Position numbers and translations under genes: made by a program | Source of the DNA: a virus | Taxonomy: Duplodnaviria > Heunggongvirae > Uroviricota > Caudoviricetes | DNA length: 45,587 bases | Virus record (IMG/VR): IMGVR_UViG_2597489870_000004 | Strand: one strand, 5' to 3' | Notes under the pieces: generated by a model | The model's input: the letters and a program-made list of their open reading frames with translations, nothing else | The model's database searches: none | Told to the model about the DNA's origin: nothing | Shown here: in pieces, positions 10,624 through 21,260 of the stretch | Layout of the letters: each line of letters opens with the position of its first letter | How positions within the stretch are numbered: position 1 is the first letter of the stretch

Positions 10624-11322
10624 TTACTGCGAAAGTTTGTTAATGGAAAGGAAGCTGCCAAAGTTGCCGACATTATTGCGAAACTTACAGCCACTCAGGC
10701 ATTTGCTGCATTTATCCTTCGTGATATCGGACGTCGGCTGGTCATATTCATCCGCGACCGCCGGACCGCTATAACCGCACTCATCGCCGCGATAGGTCCA
10801 GGTGCAGGTGTTGGCCAGCATGATACGTCCCGGAAAAACGGCACCGTCCGTTTCCGTCGGCGTGGACAGTACAAAAGAGGCACTGACCGCGCTCAGTTCG
10901 CTGCACTGCTCGATGCGCCAGCGGCTGATCACCTCCTGCTCCGGATCGGCGTCACTGTTTCCGTTGACGAAGTTCACCGCATCCAGAAAACGGGCGTAAA
11001 CCTTACGCCGGACCACCGTTCCGCCGACCAGACTCTGCATATCTTCCGCCATCCCGGTGACCATACCGTACAGGTTAGAAACCGTCAGCGTGGGGCGCGT
11101 ACTGGTGCCTTTGCCATTCAGTTCAAAACCGCTCCCCTGAATGGGATACGGCTGATACTGTCGCCCCTGCCAGGTGACCGGCTCACCTTTTTCGTTCTGC
11201 TCATTACAGAAAAAATAACGTTCTCCACCGACCTCTGTCAGGTCGATTTCCCAGAGCACCACGCTGGCCGACTGCTCCGCACGGGTGCATTCATTCAGTG
11301 TTTCCTGCCGGATATCCTGCAT
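10624..11322 (-). CDS. L: Minor tail protein L
   Basis: 232 aa, lambda L length and sequence character; synteny. Confidence 0.95.
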   Translation of the reverse strand: MQDIRQETLNECTRAEQSASVVLWEIDLTEVGGERYFFCNEQNEKGEPVTWQGRQYQPYPIQGSGFELNGKGTSTRPTLTVSNLYGMVTGMAEDMQSLVGGTVVRRKVYARFLDAVNFVNGNSDADPEQEVISRWRIEQCSELSAVSASFVLSTPTETDGAVFPGRIMLANTCTWTYRGDECGYSGPAVADEYDQPTSDITKDKCSKCLSGCKFRNNVGNFGSFLSINKLSQ

Positions 11323-11651
11323 CAGTTCACCACCTGTTCAAACTCTGCGCTGAACTCAACACGCAACATACTGACCCGCGACGACCATTTTGCGCAGGTC
11401 ACCTTTATCTGCCGCCACTCATAAGGCGGCGTCCACAGAAAGGATTTCCAGCCCCCGTGCTCTTCCAGAAACGACTCCAGTACCGTGGCCTCCTCACGGG
11501 GGACAGAAAGCGTCACGCTGTACGTTTTCAGGTTGGCATTCAGCCCGGCAGGCGCTCGCTGAGAATAGCCATCACCAAAGCGCACCTTTCTTACAGAAGG
11601 GACCGAAGCCACATCCATACCGGGTTTCACTTTCCAGCGGAAGGTCTTCAT
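11322..11651 (-). CDS. M: Minor tail protein M
   Basis: 109 aa, lambda M-like; overlaps L start and H stop. Confidence 0.95.
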   Translation of the reverse strand: MKTFRWKVKPGMDVASVPSVRKVRFGDGYSQRAPAGLNANLKTYSVTLSVPREEATVLESFLEEHGGWKSFLWTPPYEWRQIKVTCAKWSSRVSMLRVEFSAEFEQVVN

Positions 11652-14209
11652 CGTCCACCTCCGGAGAACAGGCCACCATCACGCATCTGTGTCTGAATTT
11701 CATCACGGGCACCCTTGCGGGCCATGTCATACACCGCCTTCAGAGCAGCCGGACCTATCTGACCGTTCGTGCCGTCGTTGTTAATCACCACATGGTTATT
11801 CTGCTCAAACGTCCCGGACGCCTGCGACCGGCTGTCTGCCATGCTGCCCGGTGTACCGACATAACCGCCGGTGGCATAGCCGCGCATCAGCCGGTAAAGA
11901 TTCCCCACGCCAATCCGGCTGGTTGCCTCCTTCGTGAAGACAAATTCACCACGGTGAACAATCCCCGCTGGCTCATATTTGCCGCCGGTTCCCGTAAATC
12001 CTCCGGTTGCAAAATGGAATTTCGCCGCAGCGGCCTGAATGGCTGTACCGCCTGACGCGGATGCGCCGCCACCAACAGCCCCGCCAATGGCGCTGCCGAT
12101 ACTCCCGACAATCCCCACCATTGCCTGCTTAAGCAGAATTTCTGTCATCATGGACAACACGGAACGGGTGAAGCTGCGCCAGTTCTGCTCACTGCCGGTC
12201 AGCATCGCCGCCATATTCTGTGCAATACCATCAAAGGTCTGCGTGGCAGCACTTTTAACCTGCAACATACTGTCCGTGGCGCTCTCTTCCCACTCACTCC
12301 AGCCTGACCTGAGGCCTGCCATCCAGCTCCCGCGAAGCTGGTCTTCAGCCGCCCAGGTCTTTTTCTGCTCTGACATGATGTTATTCAGCGCCAGCGGATT
12401 ATCGCCATACTGTTCCTTCAGGCGCTGTTCCGTGGCTTCCCGTTCTGCCTGCCGGTCAGTCAGCCCCCGGCTTTTCGCATCAATGGCGGCCCGTTTTGCC
12501 CGTTGCTGCTGTGCGAATTTATCCGCCTGCTGCGCCAGCGCGTTCAGGCGCTCCTGATACGTAACCTTGTCGCCAAGTGCAGCCAGCTGGCGTTTGTACT
12601 CCAGCGTCTCATCTTTATGCGCCAGCAGGGATTTCTCCTGTGCAGACAGCTGGCGACGTTGCGCCGCCTCCTCCAGTACCGCGAACTGACTCTCCGCCTT
12701 CCACAAATCCCGGCGCTGCTGGCTGATTTTCTCATTTGCTCCGGCATGCTTCTCCAGCGTCCGGAGTTCTGCCTGAAGCGTCAGCAGGGCAGCATGAGCA
12801 CTGTCTTCCTGACGATCGCCCGCAGACACCTTCACGCCGGACTGTTTCGGCTTTTTCAGCGTCGCTTCATAATCCTTTTTCGCCGCCGCCATCAGCGTGT
12901 TGTAATCCGCCTGCAGGATTTTCCCGTCTTTCAGTGCCTTGTTCAGTTCTTCCTGACGGGCGGTATATTTCTCCAGCGGCGTCTGCAGCCGTTCGTAAGC
13001 CTTCTGCGCCTCTTCGGTATATTTCAGCCGTGACGCTTCGGTATCGCTCTGCTGCTGCGCATTTTTGTCCTGTTGACTCTGCTGCTCAGCCTTCTTTCGG
13101 GCGGCTTCAAGCGCAAGACGGGCCTTTTCACGATCATCCCAGTAACGCGCCCGCGCTTCATCGTTAACAAAATAATCATCCTTGCGCAGATTCCAGATAT
13201 CGTCCGCTTTCTTAAACGCGGCCTCTGCCTTAATCAGCATCTCCTGCGCGGTATCAGGACGACCAATATCCAGCACCGCATCCCACATGGATTTGAATGC
13301 CCGTGCTGTCCTGTCTGCCCAGGTTTCCAGCGTGCCCATGTTCTCTTTCAAGCGTCGGGTCTGGTCATCAAACCCTTTCGTTGCGGCCTCGTTCGCCGCC
13401 TGCAATGCCCCGGCTTCATCGCCGGAACGCTGCAACTGAGCAACATACGCAATCTGCTCCGCCGTCACGTTATGGAACTGGCGTGCCATCGCCGTCAGCC
13501 CCGACGTCGGGTCTGTGGTCAGCTTCCCGAAGGCTTCAGCGACCTTGTCCACCTCCACGCCGGATGCAGAGGAGAAACGCGCCACACTCTGGCTGATGGA
13601 CGCAATCTGAGCCTCACCGCTTACCCCCGCCTTAACCAGTGCGCTGAGTGACTCGCTGGTCTGGTTAAACGTCAGCCCTGCCGCCTGCCCGGCTCTGGAC
13701 AGGACCAGCATACGATCTGCCGTCAGTCCCGCCTGATTGCCGGAAAGGACCAGCGTTTTGTTGAAATCGGACAGGGTTGAGTTGCCCTGATACCAGGCAT
13801 ACGCCAGCGCTCCGGTCGCCACCGCCAGCGAGGTAGCCCCCACCATCGGCAGGGTGATCGCACCGGCAAGCCCCCGGAACATGGGGATCATCCCGCCGAA
13901 GGAGTCCTTCACCTGACCCCCCTGTTGCAGCAGGATCAGCCACGGACTTTGCCCGCCTGCAAGCTGCGTGGCCACGTCAGTGAACTGCGCAGGCAGCATA
14001 CGCATGGCGGCTTTATACTGCCCGACGGAAATTCCCGCTTTCTGTGCAGCCAGCGCCTGCCGGTTCATCGACTGTTCAACGACTGCCGCTGTTTTTTTCG
14101 CATCACTTTCCGTACCGGAAAAATGACGCCTGACTCTGGCCATCTGCTCGTCAAATCTGGCCGCATCCAGACTCAAATCAACGACCAGATCGCCTACCGG
14201 TTCAGCCAT
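11648..14209 (-). CDS. H: Tail tape measure protein H
   Basis: 853 aa (lambda H length), coiled-coil rich, Gly-rich C-terminus; synteny. Confidence 0.95.
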   Translation of the reverse strand: MAEPVGDLVVDLSLDAARFDEQMARVRRHFSGTESDAKKTAAVVEQSMNRQALAAQKAGISVGQYKAAMRMLPAQFTDVATQLAGGQSPWLILLQQGGQVKDSFGGMIPMFRGLAGAITLPMVGATSLAVATGALAYAWYQGNSTLSDFNKTLVLSGNQAGLTADRMLVLSRAGQAAGLTFNQTSESLSALVKAGVSGEAQIASISQSVARFSSASGVEVDKVAEAFGKLTTDPTSGLTAMARQFHNVTAEQIAYVAQLQRSGDEAGALQAANEAATKGFDDQTRRLKENMGTLETWADRTARAFKSMWDAVLDIGRPDTAQEMLIKAEAAFKKADDIWNLRKDDYFVNDEARARYWDDREKARLALEAARKKAEQQSQQDKNAQQQSDTEASRLKYTEEAQKAYERLQTPLEKYTARQEELNKALKDGKILQADYNTLMAAAKKDYEATLKKPKQSGVKVSAGDRQEDSAHAALLTLQAELRTLEKHAGANEKISQQRRDLWKAESQFAVLEEAAQRRQLSAQEKSLLAHKDETLEYKRQLAALGDKVTYQERLNALAQQADKFAQQQRAKRAAIDAKSRGLTDRQAEREATEQRLKEQYGDNPLALNNIMSEQKKTWAAEDQLRGSWMAGLRSGWSEWEESATDSMLQVKSAATQTFDGIAQNMAAMLTGSEQNWRSFTRSVLSMMTEILLKQAMVGIVGSIGSAIGGAVGGGASASGGTAIQAAAAKFHFATGGFTGTGGKYEPAGIVHRGEFVFTKEATSRIGVGNLYRLMRGYATGGYVGTPGSMADSRSQASGTFEQNNHVVINNDGTNGQIGPAALKAVYDMARKGARDEIQTQMRDGGLFSGGGR

Positions 14210-14636
14210 ACCGGACTCCTCCTGCGATCCCTTCTGATACTGTCATCAGCATTACGTCATCCTCCGTCATGTCCGCCACATCCGGGGAAGCGGGGATAAC
14301 TTCATTCCCGTCCGGGCCAAAGCGGACGCCTCCGGCAAGCCCTGCCGCTTTCTGCATCAGCACATCATCTTCAGGCTCTTCGTCAGCCTCGCGCCGGTTC
14401 AGCAGACTGAAATCCAGCGGATGCATATCCGGATCGCTGAAAAACAGGCTGAGTACGGTGTACGTCAGCCCGGAAAAGTGCATATCCAGCAGAACATCAT
14501 GAAAATAATGGGTACTGTAAAAGCGGTGCCAGTCGGCATACTCCGTGGATGACATCCCGGCAAGCATGGCGCGCCAGTCGGGTCGCCCCATCTCACGCGC
14601 CAGTTTCAGGGCAAAACTCAGCTCACCGTCGAACAC
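14202..14636 (-). CDS. T: T portion of the G-T tail assembly chaperone (expressed by -1 frameshift from G)
   Basis: ORF in -1 frame overlapping the 3' end of G; slippery heptamer GGGAAAG at 14636-14642 (minus strand). Confidence 0.85.
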   Translation of the reverse strand: MFDGELSFALKLAREMGRPDWRAMLAGMSSTEYADWHRFYSTHYFHDVLLDMHFSGLTYTVLSLFFSDPDMHPLDFSLLNRREADEEPEDDVLMQKAAGLAGGVRFGPDGNEVIPASPDVADMTEDDVMLMTVSEGIAGGVRYG

Positions 14637-15040
14637 TTTCCCGCAGAAACAGGCTCTGCTGGCCCGGCGTCATCTGCCTGTTCAGGTGCATCATTCACAA
14701 CAAACTCAGACATACCGGACAGACGCATTACCACATTTTCAGCCTGAGCAATTGCCTCTGTGGGCCAGGTGGTAAGCACTTCCTGCTCAATTTGTTTAAC
14801 GGCTTCATTCATGGACGGCATCTTTGTCTTCTGCGGATGGCTATGCCACAGGGACATCGCCACCAGAAAAGCACCGGTTCTGACGAGATCTTCCACGCTC
14901 ACCTGTCGATTGAGACTGGATCCCGCCTGTTCTGCCTGTCGTTTCAGCAGGGCGAGATGCTCAATTCGCTGCAGGGCTGACAGTTCAGAAAGCGTGACGC
15001 TCACACCGTTATATTCAAATGATTCGGTTTTCAGGAACAT
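14618..15040 (-). CDS. G: Tail assembly chaperone G
   Basis: 140 aa MFLKTESFEYNGVSVTLSELSALQRIEHLALLKRQAEQ..., ends ...SAGKCSTVS as remembered for lambda G. Confidence 0.95.
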   Translation of the reverse strand: MFLKTESFEYNGVSVTLSELSALQRIEHLALLKRQAEQAGSSLNRQVSVEDLVRTGAFLVAMSLWHSHPQKTKMPSMNEAVKQIEQEVLTTWPTEAIAQAENVVMRLSGMSEFVVNDAPEQADDAGPAEPVSAGKCSTVS

Positions 15041-15055
15041 CGCTGACTCTCCGGA

Positions 15056-15826
15056 TTAACTGTCGGTGACGGTGATTTCTGCAACCACAGCAAGTTCACC
15101 ATTACCGGATACAACCGGAATGTTGACCTTGCCTGCAGCAACACCTTTCACGGTGATGGTCATACCACTGACCGACACGGTGGCTTTTGTTTTATCCGCA
15201 GACACCGCACGGAAGCTCTTGTCGGTTGCGCCTTCCGGCTGGAATGCCACGGTCAGCGTGGTGCTCTGCCCTTTCACCACCGAAGTGCTGGCAGGCGTCA
15301 CGGTCATGCCGGTTGCCGCTGTTACCGTGCTGCGATCTTCTGCCATCGACGGACGTCTCACGTTGGTGACTTTCACCGTGCGGGTGATCACTTCCTTCGC
15401 CGTCACCGCCTTACCGATACTGCTGACCCAGCCGCGGAACACATCGACCGTGCCGTTCGGGAAGCGGATTTTATAGGCACGGGTATCCCCTTCATTAAAC
15501 CACGCCAGCAGCGCCTGCTGCCCCTGCTCTCCGGGCATCCACGCCAGCGTGAAGCTGGTATCTCCGGCAGATTTCTGCCCCTGCCCGGTCGCAGTCCAGT
15601 CCGCATCTTCATCATCGAGATAGCTGTCGTCATAGGACTCAGCGGTCAGTTCGCCGGGCGTCAGGTCTTTAACTTTAGCCAGACGCGACCAGTCAACGTC
15701 TGAAAGCGGGTTCGCATAAGGGTCACCGTTCCCCTTATAAACCCACAGTGTGGTCCCGGCCCCTTTCACCGGCATTACTGGATTTGGTACAGGTATATCG
15801 TCCTCACATTTCATAGGTAATGACAT
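15056..15826 (-). CDS. V: Major tail protein V (start uncertain; canonical lambda start position reads ATA)
   Basis: ORF contains [44 protein letters not shown]... matching lambda V; C-terminal Ig-like region; maximal ORF reported. Confidence 0.85.
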   Translation of the reverse strand: MSLPMKCEDDIPVPNPVMPVKGAGTTLWVYKGNGDPYANPLSDVDWSRLAKVKDLTPGELTAESYDDSYLDDEDADWTATGQGQKSAGDTSFTLAWMPGEQGQQALLAWFNEGDTRAYKIRFPNGTVDVFRGWVSSIGKAVTAKEVITRTVKVTNVRRPSMAEDRSTVTAATGMTVTPASTSVVKGQSTTLTVAFQPEGATDKSFRAVSADKTKATVSVSGMTITVKGVAAGKVNIPVVSGNGELAVVAEITVTDS

Positions 15827-16199
15827 AAGTCAGATCGGCTGAACTCCACAGGCCCGCATCATCGTCGCGCCGGTAGTCATAGCCACTGGCCACCATACTG
15901 GTGATCAAATCTGACAGTGCCGGGATATCGCTCATCACCGGATAAATCCGGGACTCCATCCACGAATCCAGCTCTGAATCCGGCACCTGAGCAGGCAGGA
16001 AAACTTCAATATGCAGCTCCGCCTGCCAGGTATCGCTGTCCAGCTCTTCGCCCGTGTATTCAGCGCCGGTGAGATAAACGGCAACTGCCGGAAAATCCGC
16101 CTCATCAAAAACAGCGGGGCGACCATCAAAAAACGTCGCCCCGGTGTCATGCTTCTCCAGTGCATCCAGTACGGCTGCACGGAGTTCAGTATGTTTCAT
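15804..16199 (-). CDS. U: Tail terminator protein U
   Basis: 131 aa, same as lambda U; synteny. Confidence 0.95.
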   Translation of the reverse strand: MKHTELRAAVLDALEKHDTGATFFDGRPAVFDEADFPAVAVYLTGAEYTGEELDSDTWQAELHIEVFLPAQVPDSELDSWMESRIYPVMSDIPALSDLITSMVASGYDYRRDDDAGLWSSADLTYVITYEM

Positions 16200-16774
16200 C
16201 GCTTTATTACCATCCTCAGTTGATGCTGCAGCGCATAGCCCAGCTCTTTCGGAAGACGTTCACGCCGTATCCGCTCAATATTTTGTTTAAACGCCGTGGT
16301 CAGCGGCACCGCCATCGGGATTTTCACCACATCAATGGGGTAACGGTTTTTCCCAGCCACACGCTGCATGACATGCCACCGGCCATTTTTCAGTTGCTGA
16401 ATAAACGCGCCGGGAATACGACGGTTACCCACCACAAGCACGCTGCCGCCACCTTTCAGGGATGAACGCTGCCCCTTTTTACGACGCCTGCGTCGGGACA
16501 GGACAACCCGCGCATTACCCAGCTTGATTACGGGCAAATCCCCCCGGTTAACTTTGATTCTGGCCTGCGGATTTTTGACCGTGGCCCTTTTCAGCCTGGC
16601 CCTTTCCTTTACCAGTTTCCGGCGTACCTTTGTCTCACGGGCAACCTGTGACGCAGACTGCGATATCGCGGATGACGCAACGCGGTTAATGGCCATTACG
16701 GCGGCACCAGGCACCGCCGTTTTGCTGATACGGCTGAGGTTTTCAACGGCCTGCTCAAGACCTTTTATGGCCAT
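16196..16774 (-). CDS. Z: Tail completion protein Z
   Basis: 192 aa, lambda Z length; synteny. Confidence 0.9.
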   Translation of the reverse strand: MAIKGLEQAVENLSRISKTAVPGAAVMAINRVASSAISQSASQVARETKVRRKLVKERARLKRATVKNPQARIKVNRGDLPVIKLGNARVVLSRRRRRKKGQRSSLKGGGSVLVVGNRRIPGAFIQQLKNGRWHVMQRVAGKNRYPIDVVKIPMAVPLTTAFKQNIERIRRERLPKELGYALQHQLRMVIKR

Positions 16775-16785
16775 ACATCCCCCTT

Positions 16786-17139
16786 TCAGCGGCGACGGTT
16801 AACGGCAGGCGGCACGCCACGCCCAAGCCAGAGATGACAGCTTCCGCCATCATCCGGCGAAATCCGGTCCACCCAGAAGTTTTCCTCGCCGATGGTCAGT
16901 GTGTCTCCACGCCGCAGCTGCCGCACATCATCAGTCCGGACAAACAGGGACGGGCTGGAGCCTTCAACGCGCACCCCCTGTCCGGCATAGCTGATATTTT
17001 CAGGGTCATCAAAAACACCACGTATCACAGCACCGGACAGCTCACCGGATGTCATGGTGGCTGACGTTCCCATGTACCCGCGTATCGTTTCATCGGCGCG
17101 GGCAATGGCAGCATCGAACAGGTTATCGGAATCAGCCAC
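16786..17139 (-). CDS. FII: Head-tail connector protein FII
   Basis: 117 aa, lambda FII length; synteny. Confidence 0.9.
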   Translation of the reverse strand: MADSDNLFDAAIARADETIRGYMGTSATMTSGELSGAVIRGVFDDPENISYAGQGVRVEGSSPSLFVRTDDVRQLRRGDTLTIGEENFWVDRISPDDGGSCHLWLGRGVPPAVNRRR

Positions 17140-17150
17140 AGCGCCTCCCG

Positions 17151-17546
17151 TTATTGCATTCTGGCCAGGCCATGTTCTGTCATTTCGGCTGCCACACCGG
17201 CAGAGACACGAAACGCCGTTCCCGGCAGCACAAATGCCACAGGCTCATCCCGCGTGGCGTGAAGTGCATCAGTATGCAGCGTCACCAGTGCCACGACCGT
17301 GACCAGAGCAGCCGTATCAGTCACGGTATCCGGCTGCGCTGATACCACCTCATTTTCATGTCCGGTCAGCGCATTTTCCGGGCTGACAGATGTGTCCTGA
17401 CCGGCAGCGTCATCCGTGTCATCAAGCTCCTCTTCCAGCTCTGCCACACGGAGCACCAGTTCTTCTTTCGTCCCCGTCAGGCTGACATCACGGTTCAGTT
17501 GCTCACCCAGCACCTGAAGACGGGCAATCAGTTCATCTTTCGTCAT
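17151..17546 (-). CDS. FI: DNA packaging protein FI
   Basis: Start set at internal ATG (MTKDELIARLQ...) with GGAGGAG Shine-Dalgarno, giving 132 aa as in lambda; maximal ORF extends to 17585. Confidence 0.9.
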   Translation of the reverse strand: MTKDELIARLQVLGEQLNRDVSLTGTKEELVLRVAELEEELDDTDDAAGQDTSVSPENALTGHENEVVSAQPDTVTDTAALVTVVALVTLHTDALHATRDEPVAFVLPGTAFRVSAGVAAEMTEHGLARMQ

Positions 17547-17587
17547 GGACTCCTCCACAGAGAGAAAATGGCCCCGAAGGGCCATGA

Positions 17588-18560
17588 TTACGCCAGTTGT
17601 ACGGACACGAACGCATCAGGATCAGCCAGCAGCATCAGCGGTGCTGACTGAATCATGGTGAACTCACGCGCCGGATCGCCGGTGGTCACCCAGTTTTTCG
17701 GGTAGCGGGCAGAGGCGTTAATACCTTCGCGCTGTGCGTCCGCATCCTGAATGCAGCCATAGGTGCGCAGACCGCGTGCCTGAGTGTTCCCCAGCACCAT
17801 CGTGTTGTCCGGCAGGAAGTTCTTTTTGACGTCGTTTTCCACGTACTGTCCGGAATACACGACGATCGCCGTATCGCCATACATCCCCTTATAGGACACC
17901 GCTTCGCCCAGGTCTTTTACCGCTGTCTCCAGTTCGGAATGAGAGCCGCGACGGGTATCCAGCTTCTCCCTGACGGCTTTGAAGGAACGGAACAGCGCCC
18001 AGCCTTTCGGATCAAACACGATGATATTCACCACGCCGCTGGCGTTCAGCGCGTAGGCTTCGATATCGTCGGTCGGGTCATACGTGGACTTGTCACGCTT
18101 GCTCCACTCCGTGCCGCCGGACTGCGTGATGTTGTTCGCCGCACTGCGGCCCATATCCACCTCAACCGGATCGAAGGCTTCACCGGTCATGGTGTATTTG
18201 CCCTTGAGCACGGCAGAAACTGCCTGCATCTCTTCGACCTGAGCAATGGCCAGCTCTTCGTCACGCATGTTCTGCAGGATGATGCGACGGCGGCGGTAAG
18301 CCGGGTCCGCCAGATTCTGCGGATCTTCATCCGGCAGGCGACGCAGGGTCATCTGCGGATTCACTTCATGCTTGGGTTTGACATATCCCGGCGTAAATTC
18401 AGAGGTGGAGCCGCCACGGGAACGGATAACCTCACCGGAAACAATCGGCGAAACGTACAGCGCCATGTTTACCAGTCCCGGAATTTGTGAGAGATAGACT
18501 TTCTCCGTAGTGAAGGGATAGCTCTCACGGAAAAAGAGACGCAGAAACAGCGGATCAAAC
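17588..18560 (-). pseudogene. E: Major capsid protein E, 3' fragment (codons about 19-341), separated from its start by an IS insertion
   Basis: Frame reads FDPLFLRLFFRESYPFTTEKVYLSQIPGLVNMALYVSPIVSGEV... to ...FVSVQLA, matching lambda E; upstream boundary is the IS inverted repeat at 18561. Confidence 0.9.
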
Positions 18561-18590
18561 GTAAGCGACTCGTCAGAACCGTATTGATAT

Positions 18591-20162
18591 TTACTGAGAG
18601 CTCAGATCAACTTTCCAGGGCAACAGATCGCGTACCCGGTTTGCCGGCCAATCCTGGATATGTTCAATGACGTAACGCAGCCACTTTTCTGGCTCCACAT
18701 TGTTCAGACGGCATGTGCCGATCAGCGAGTACAACACCGCCGCATGTTCACCACCGCTGTCGGAACCCGCGAACATCCAGTTTTTCCGGCCTACGGCCAC
18801 TCCCCGTAAGGCGTTCTCTGCGATGTTGTTGTCGATTTCCACCCAGCCATTACTGCAGTACACGTTCAGTGCATCCCACTGTTTCAGCAGGTATGCGAAC
18901 GCTTTTGCCGTATCTGAGTGACGCGACAGTGTTTTCATCTGTTGCTGTATCCAGTCATACAGTGACTGCATCAGTGGCGCGGCTCTGGCTTTTCTTGCCG
19001 CCAGACGCTGTTCTGCTGAACAGCCCCGGACCTCTGCCTCGATGGCATACAGTTCACCGATACGCTGCAGGGCTTCCGTGGTGATGTAGGTGGGCGCTCT
19101 TGCATGCACATCGTGGATTTTTCTCCGGGCATGAGCCATACACGCGGCTTCCGTTATTCTGCCGGATTCGTATAACGCCCGGTAACCACCGTAAGCATCG
19201 GCCTGAAGCACACCGCTGTAACCGGCCAGGTGATTTTGTGGATGGATACCTTTCCGGTCCGGACTGTACGCGAACCAGACCGCCGGGGGCATCTGTGAAC
19301 CGGCGTTACGGTCATCACGGACGTAGACCCACAGCCGGGCTGTCCGGGTTTTACCGCTGCCCGGCTCCTGGACCGGGACGGGGATATCATCAGCATGGAC
19401 TTTACCGGGCATCAGCACATACTGGCGCAGGACGTCATACAGCGGCTCCAGCAGTTCAGCAACAGCACCTGTCCAGCGCCCCAGTGTGGCACGGCTCAGC
19501 TCCACTCCCTGACGACGGTATATTTCTGACTGGCGGTATAACGGCAGATGGTCTGCATATTTCCCGGTGACAACATGGGCCAGAAGCCCCGCTCCGGCAT
19601 AACTGCGTGCAATGGGTTTTGAAGGTACTGGTGCCTGCACGATATGGTCGCACCGGCAACAGGCCTGTTTCGGACGTTGTGTTTCGATAACCTTAAAGGC
19701 GCTGCTGATAAGCTCCAGTTGCTCTGACACATCACATCCCAGAGAACTGAGTTCACCACCACAGGCAGGACAGCATTCCTCTTCCGGCCGGATAACCCGG
19801 GTTTCACGGGGAAGTGAGGCCGGTAACGGTTTACGGGCTGAAGACTGGCGCAGGGCGGATGGCAGTACCGGGTCATATTGCTCACCCAGCGTTTCCGCCA
19901 TTTCTTCCTGAAGTGCGCTGATTCGCTCCTGTGCTTCCTGTATCTGCCGTTCGGTTTTTGCACGAAGTTTTTCTGAGCTTTTACCGAACTGCATACGTTG
20001 CAGTTTCGCAACCAGCGCCTTCAGCCGGTTGATTTCGGAAGCATAAGCCGCCACCCGCTGTGAGAGCAGGCGGTTGTATTCAGCCATCTGGCGGATGGTG
20101 TCCTGTTGCGTCTGCAACAGTGCCCGCAGGCGGGCGTTCTCATGAGCAAGTGAGGTGTCCAT
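18591..20162 (-). CDS. tnpC: IS66-family transposase TnpC (orf3)
   Basis: 523 aa; N-terminal leucine-zipper-like region, CxxC...CxxC zinc motif, C-terminal DDE-type region as in IS66 transposases. Confidence 0.85.
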   Translation of the reverse strand: MDTSLAHENARLRALLQTQQDTIRQMAEYNRLLSQRVAAYASEINRLKALVAKLQRMQFGKSSEKLRAKTERQIQEAQERISALQEEMAETLGEQYDPVLPSALRQSSARKPLPASLPRETRVIRPEEECCPACGGELSSLGCDVSEQLELISSAFKVIETQRPKQACCRCDHIVQAPVPSKPIARSYAGAGLLAHVVTGKYADHLPLYRQSEIYRRQGVELSRATLGRWTGAVAELLEPLYDVLRQYVLMPGKVHADDIPVPVQEPGSGKTRTARLWVYVRDDRNAGSQMPPAVWFAYSPDRKGIHPQNHLAGYSGVLQADAYGGYRALYESGRITEAACMAHARRKIHDVHARAPTYITTEALQRIGELYAIEAEVRGCSAEQRLAARKARAAPLMQSLYDWIQQQMKTLSRHSDTAKAFAYLLKQWDALNVYCSNGWVEIDNNIAENALRGVAVGRKNWMFAGSDSGGEHAAVLYSLIGTCRLNNVEPEKWLRYVIEHIQDWPANRVRDLLPWKVDLSSQ

Positions 20163-20181
20163 ATCCTCACTTTACAACGGG

Positions 20182-20529
20182 TTATATGCGGATTCCAGCG
20201 CGTTCCGTTCGTTTCGGGTGCTTCCAGTTGATACCTTCAAGAAGCATGGATAACTGAGCCGGAGTAAGGTGCACCTTGCCGTCACGGGTGACTGGCCAGA
20301 CGAAGCGGCCCCGCTCCAGGCGTTTGGTGAAGAGGCACAGTCCGTCACTGTCAGCCCACAACACTTTTATCTGGTCACCCCGGCGTCCGCGGAAGATGAA
20401 CAGGTGTCCGGAGAACGGGTCATCCTTCAGGACGTTCTGAACTTTTGATGCCAGGCCGTTAAAGCCATTTCGCATATCGGTGATACCTGCAACCAGCCAG
20501 ATACGCGAACCTGCAGGGAGAGATATCAT
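20182..20529 (-). CDS. tnpB: IS66-family Orf2 (TnpB)
   Basis: 115 aa, MISLPAGSRIWLVAGITDMRNGFNGLA... characteristic of IS66 orf2 proteins. Confidence 0.85.
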   Translation of the reverse strand: MISLPAGSRIWLVAGITDMRNGFNGLASKVQNVLKDDPFSGHLFIFRGRRGDQIKVLWADSDGLCLFTKRLERGRFVWPVTRDGKVHLTPAQLSMLLEGINWKHPKRTERAGIRI

Positions 20530-21206
20530 CAGTGGCTGCTCCCTTTTATTTCGCGGATAAGTGTCTGTAATAACGCCGGCGTCAGTTTACCTTTAAGCCT
20601 GAGAGTTCCGGCCGGCAGAACCAGCTCACAACACAGACTGTCGGACGGTGTATTTATCTGCTCTGGTTCCTGTGCGGGGGCCGGGATTTTATTATCCGGC
20701 TCCGGCGTTAACGTCACGGGAAGCAGTGCCGGCATATTTTTTCCGGAAGGCAGCAGGCCACCTTTCCGGTATTGATGGCGCCAGTTGAAGAGCAGGTTAT
20801 CGTTGATTCCGTTTTCCCGGGCGATCTGCGCCACACAGGCTCCGGGCTGCAGTGACTGCTCCACTAAGGCGATTTTAAACTCATAAGGGAAGTTGGGCCG
20901 CCGGGGACGTTTTTTTACCACGGGGGCTTCGGATATAACGGTGCTTTCAGGACGTACGACTGGTACCGTGGAAAATTGTCCGTAAAGGCAGGCATCAAGT
21001 TCCTGCTCCGACATGCCTGCGGGTAAAGGCCACGAAAGGCCAGCTCTCCGAAAGCGCACGAACATACTACAAACTGTTGATTTTGGTACACCCAGGCGAC
21101 GCCCGGCCACAACCCGGGGTAAATGTTCTTCAAAGTGAAGACGTAAAGCTTCAGTGATCCAGGTCCGGTGTTTCATACGATAGTGTCCATTAAAAATGAT
21201 GGACAT
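20529..21206 (-). CDS. tnpA: IS66-family accessory protein (orf1) with HTH region
   Basis: 225-aa ORF, first of three IS ORFs, contains transposase-type HTH segment (NFPYEFKIALVEQSLQPGACVAQIARENGINDNLLFNWRHQYRKG); true start may be downstream. Confidence 0.6.
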   Translation of the reverse strand: MSIIFNGHYRMKHRTWITEALRLHFEEHLPRVVAGRRLGVPKSTVCSMFVRFRRAGLSWPLPAGMSEQELDACLYGQFSTVPVVRPESTVISEAPVVKKRPRRPNFPYEFKIALVEQSLQPGACVAQIARENGINDNLLFNWRHQYRKGGLLPSGKNMPALLPVTLTPEPDNKIPAPAQEPEQINTPSDSLCCELVLPAGTLRLKGKLTPALLQTLIREIKGSSH

Positions 21207-21260
21207 TATTTTTGTAGAGCCGGAGGAAACAGACCAGACGGTTTAAATGAGCCGGTTACG

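Larger units (their letters stand above)
18561..21259 (-). mobile_element. IS66-family insertion sequence (2699 bp) with imperfect terminal inverted repeats GTAAGCGACTCGTCAGAACCGT / GTAACCGGCTCATTTAAACCGT and 8-bp target duplication GATCAAAC
   Basis: Three-ORF organisation typical of IS66 family; flanking 8-bp direct repeats at 18553-18560 and 21260-21267; capsid gene reading frame is restored when the element plus one repeat copy is removed. Confidence 0.85.

Noticed and set aside
12039-13651. Several 140-190-aa plus-strand ORFs inside the tape measure gene H
   Set aside because: Antisense to H; no ribosome-binding sites; low-complexity composition.
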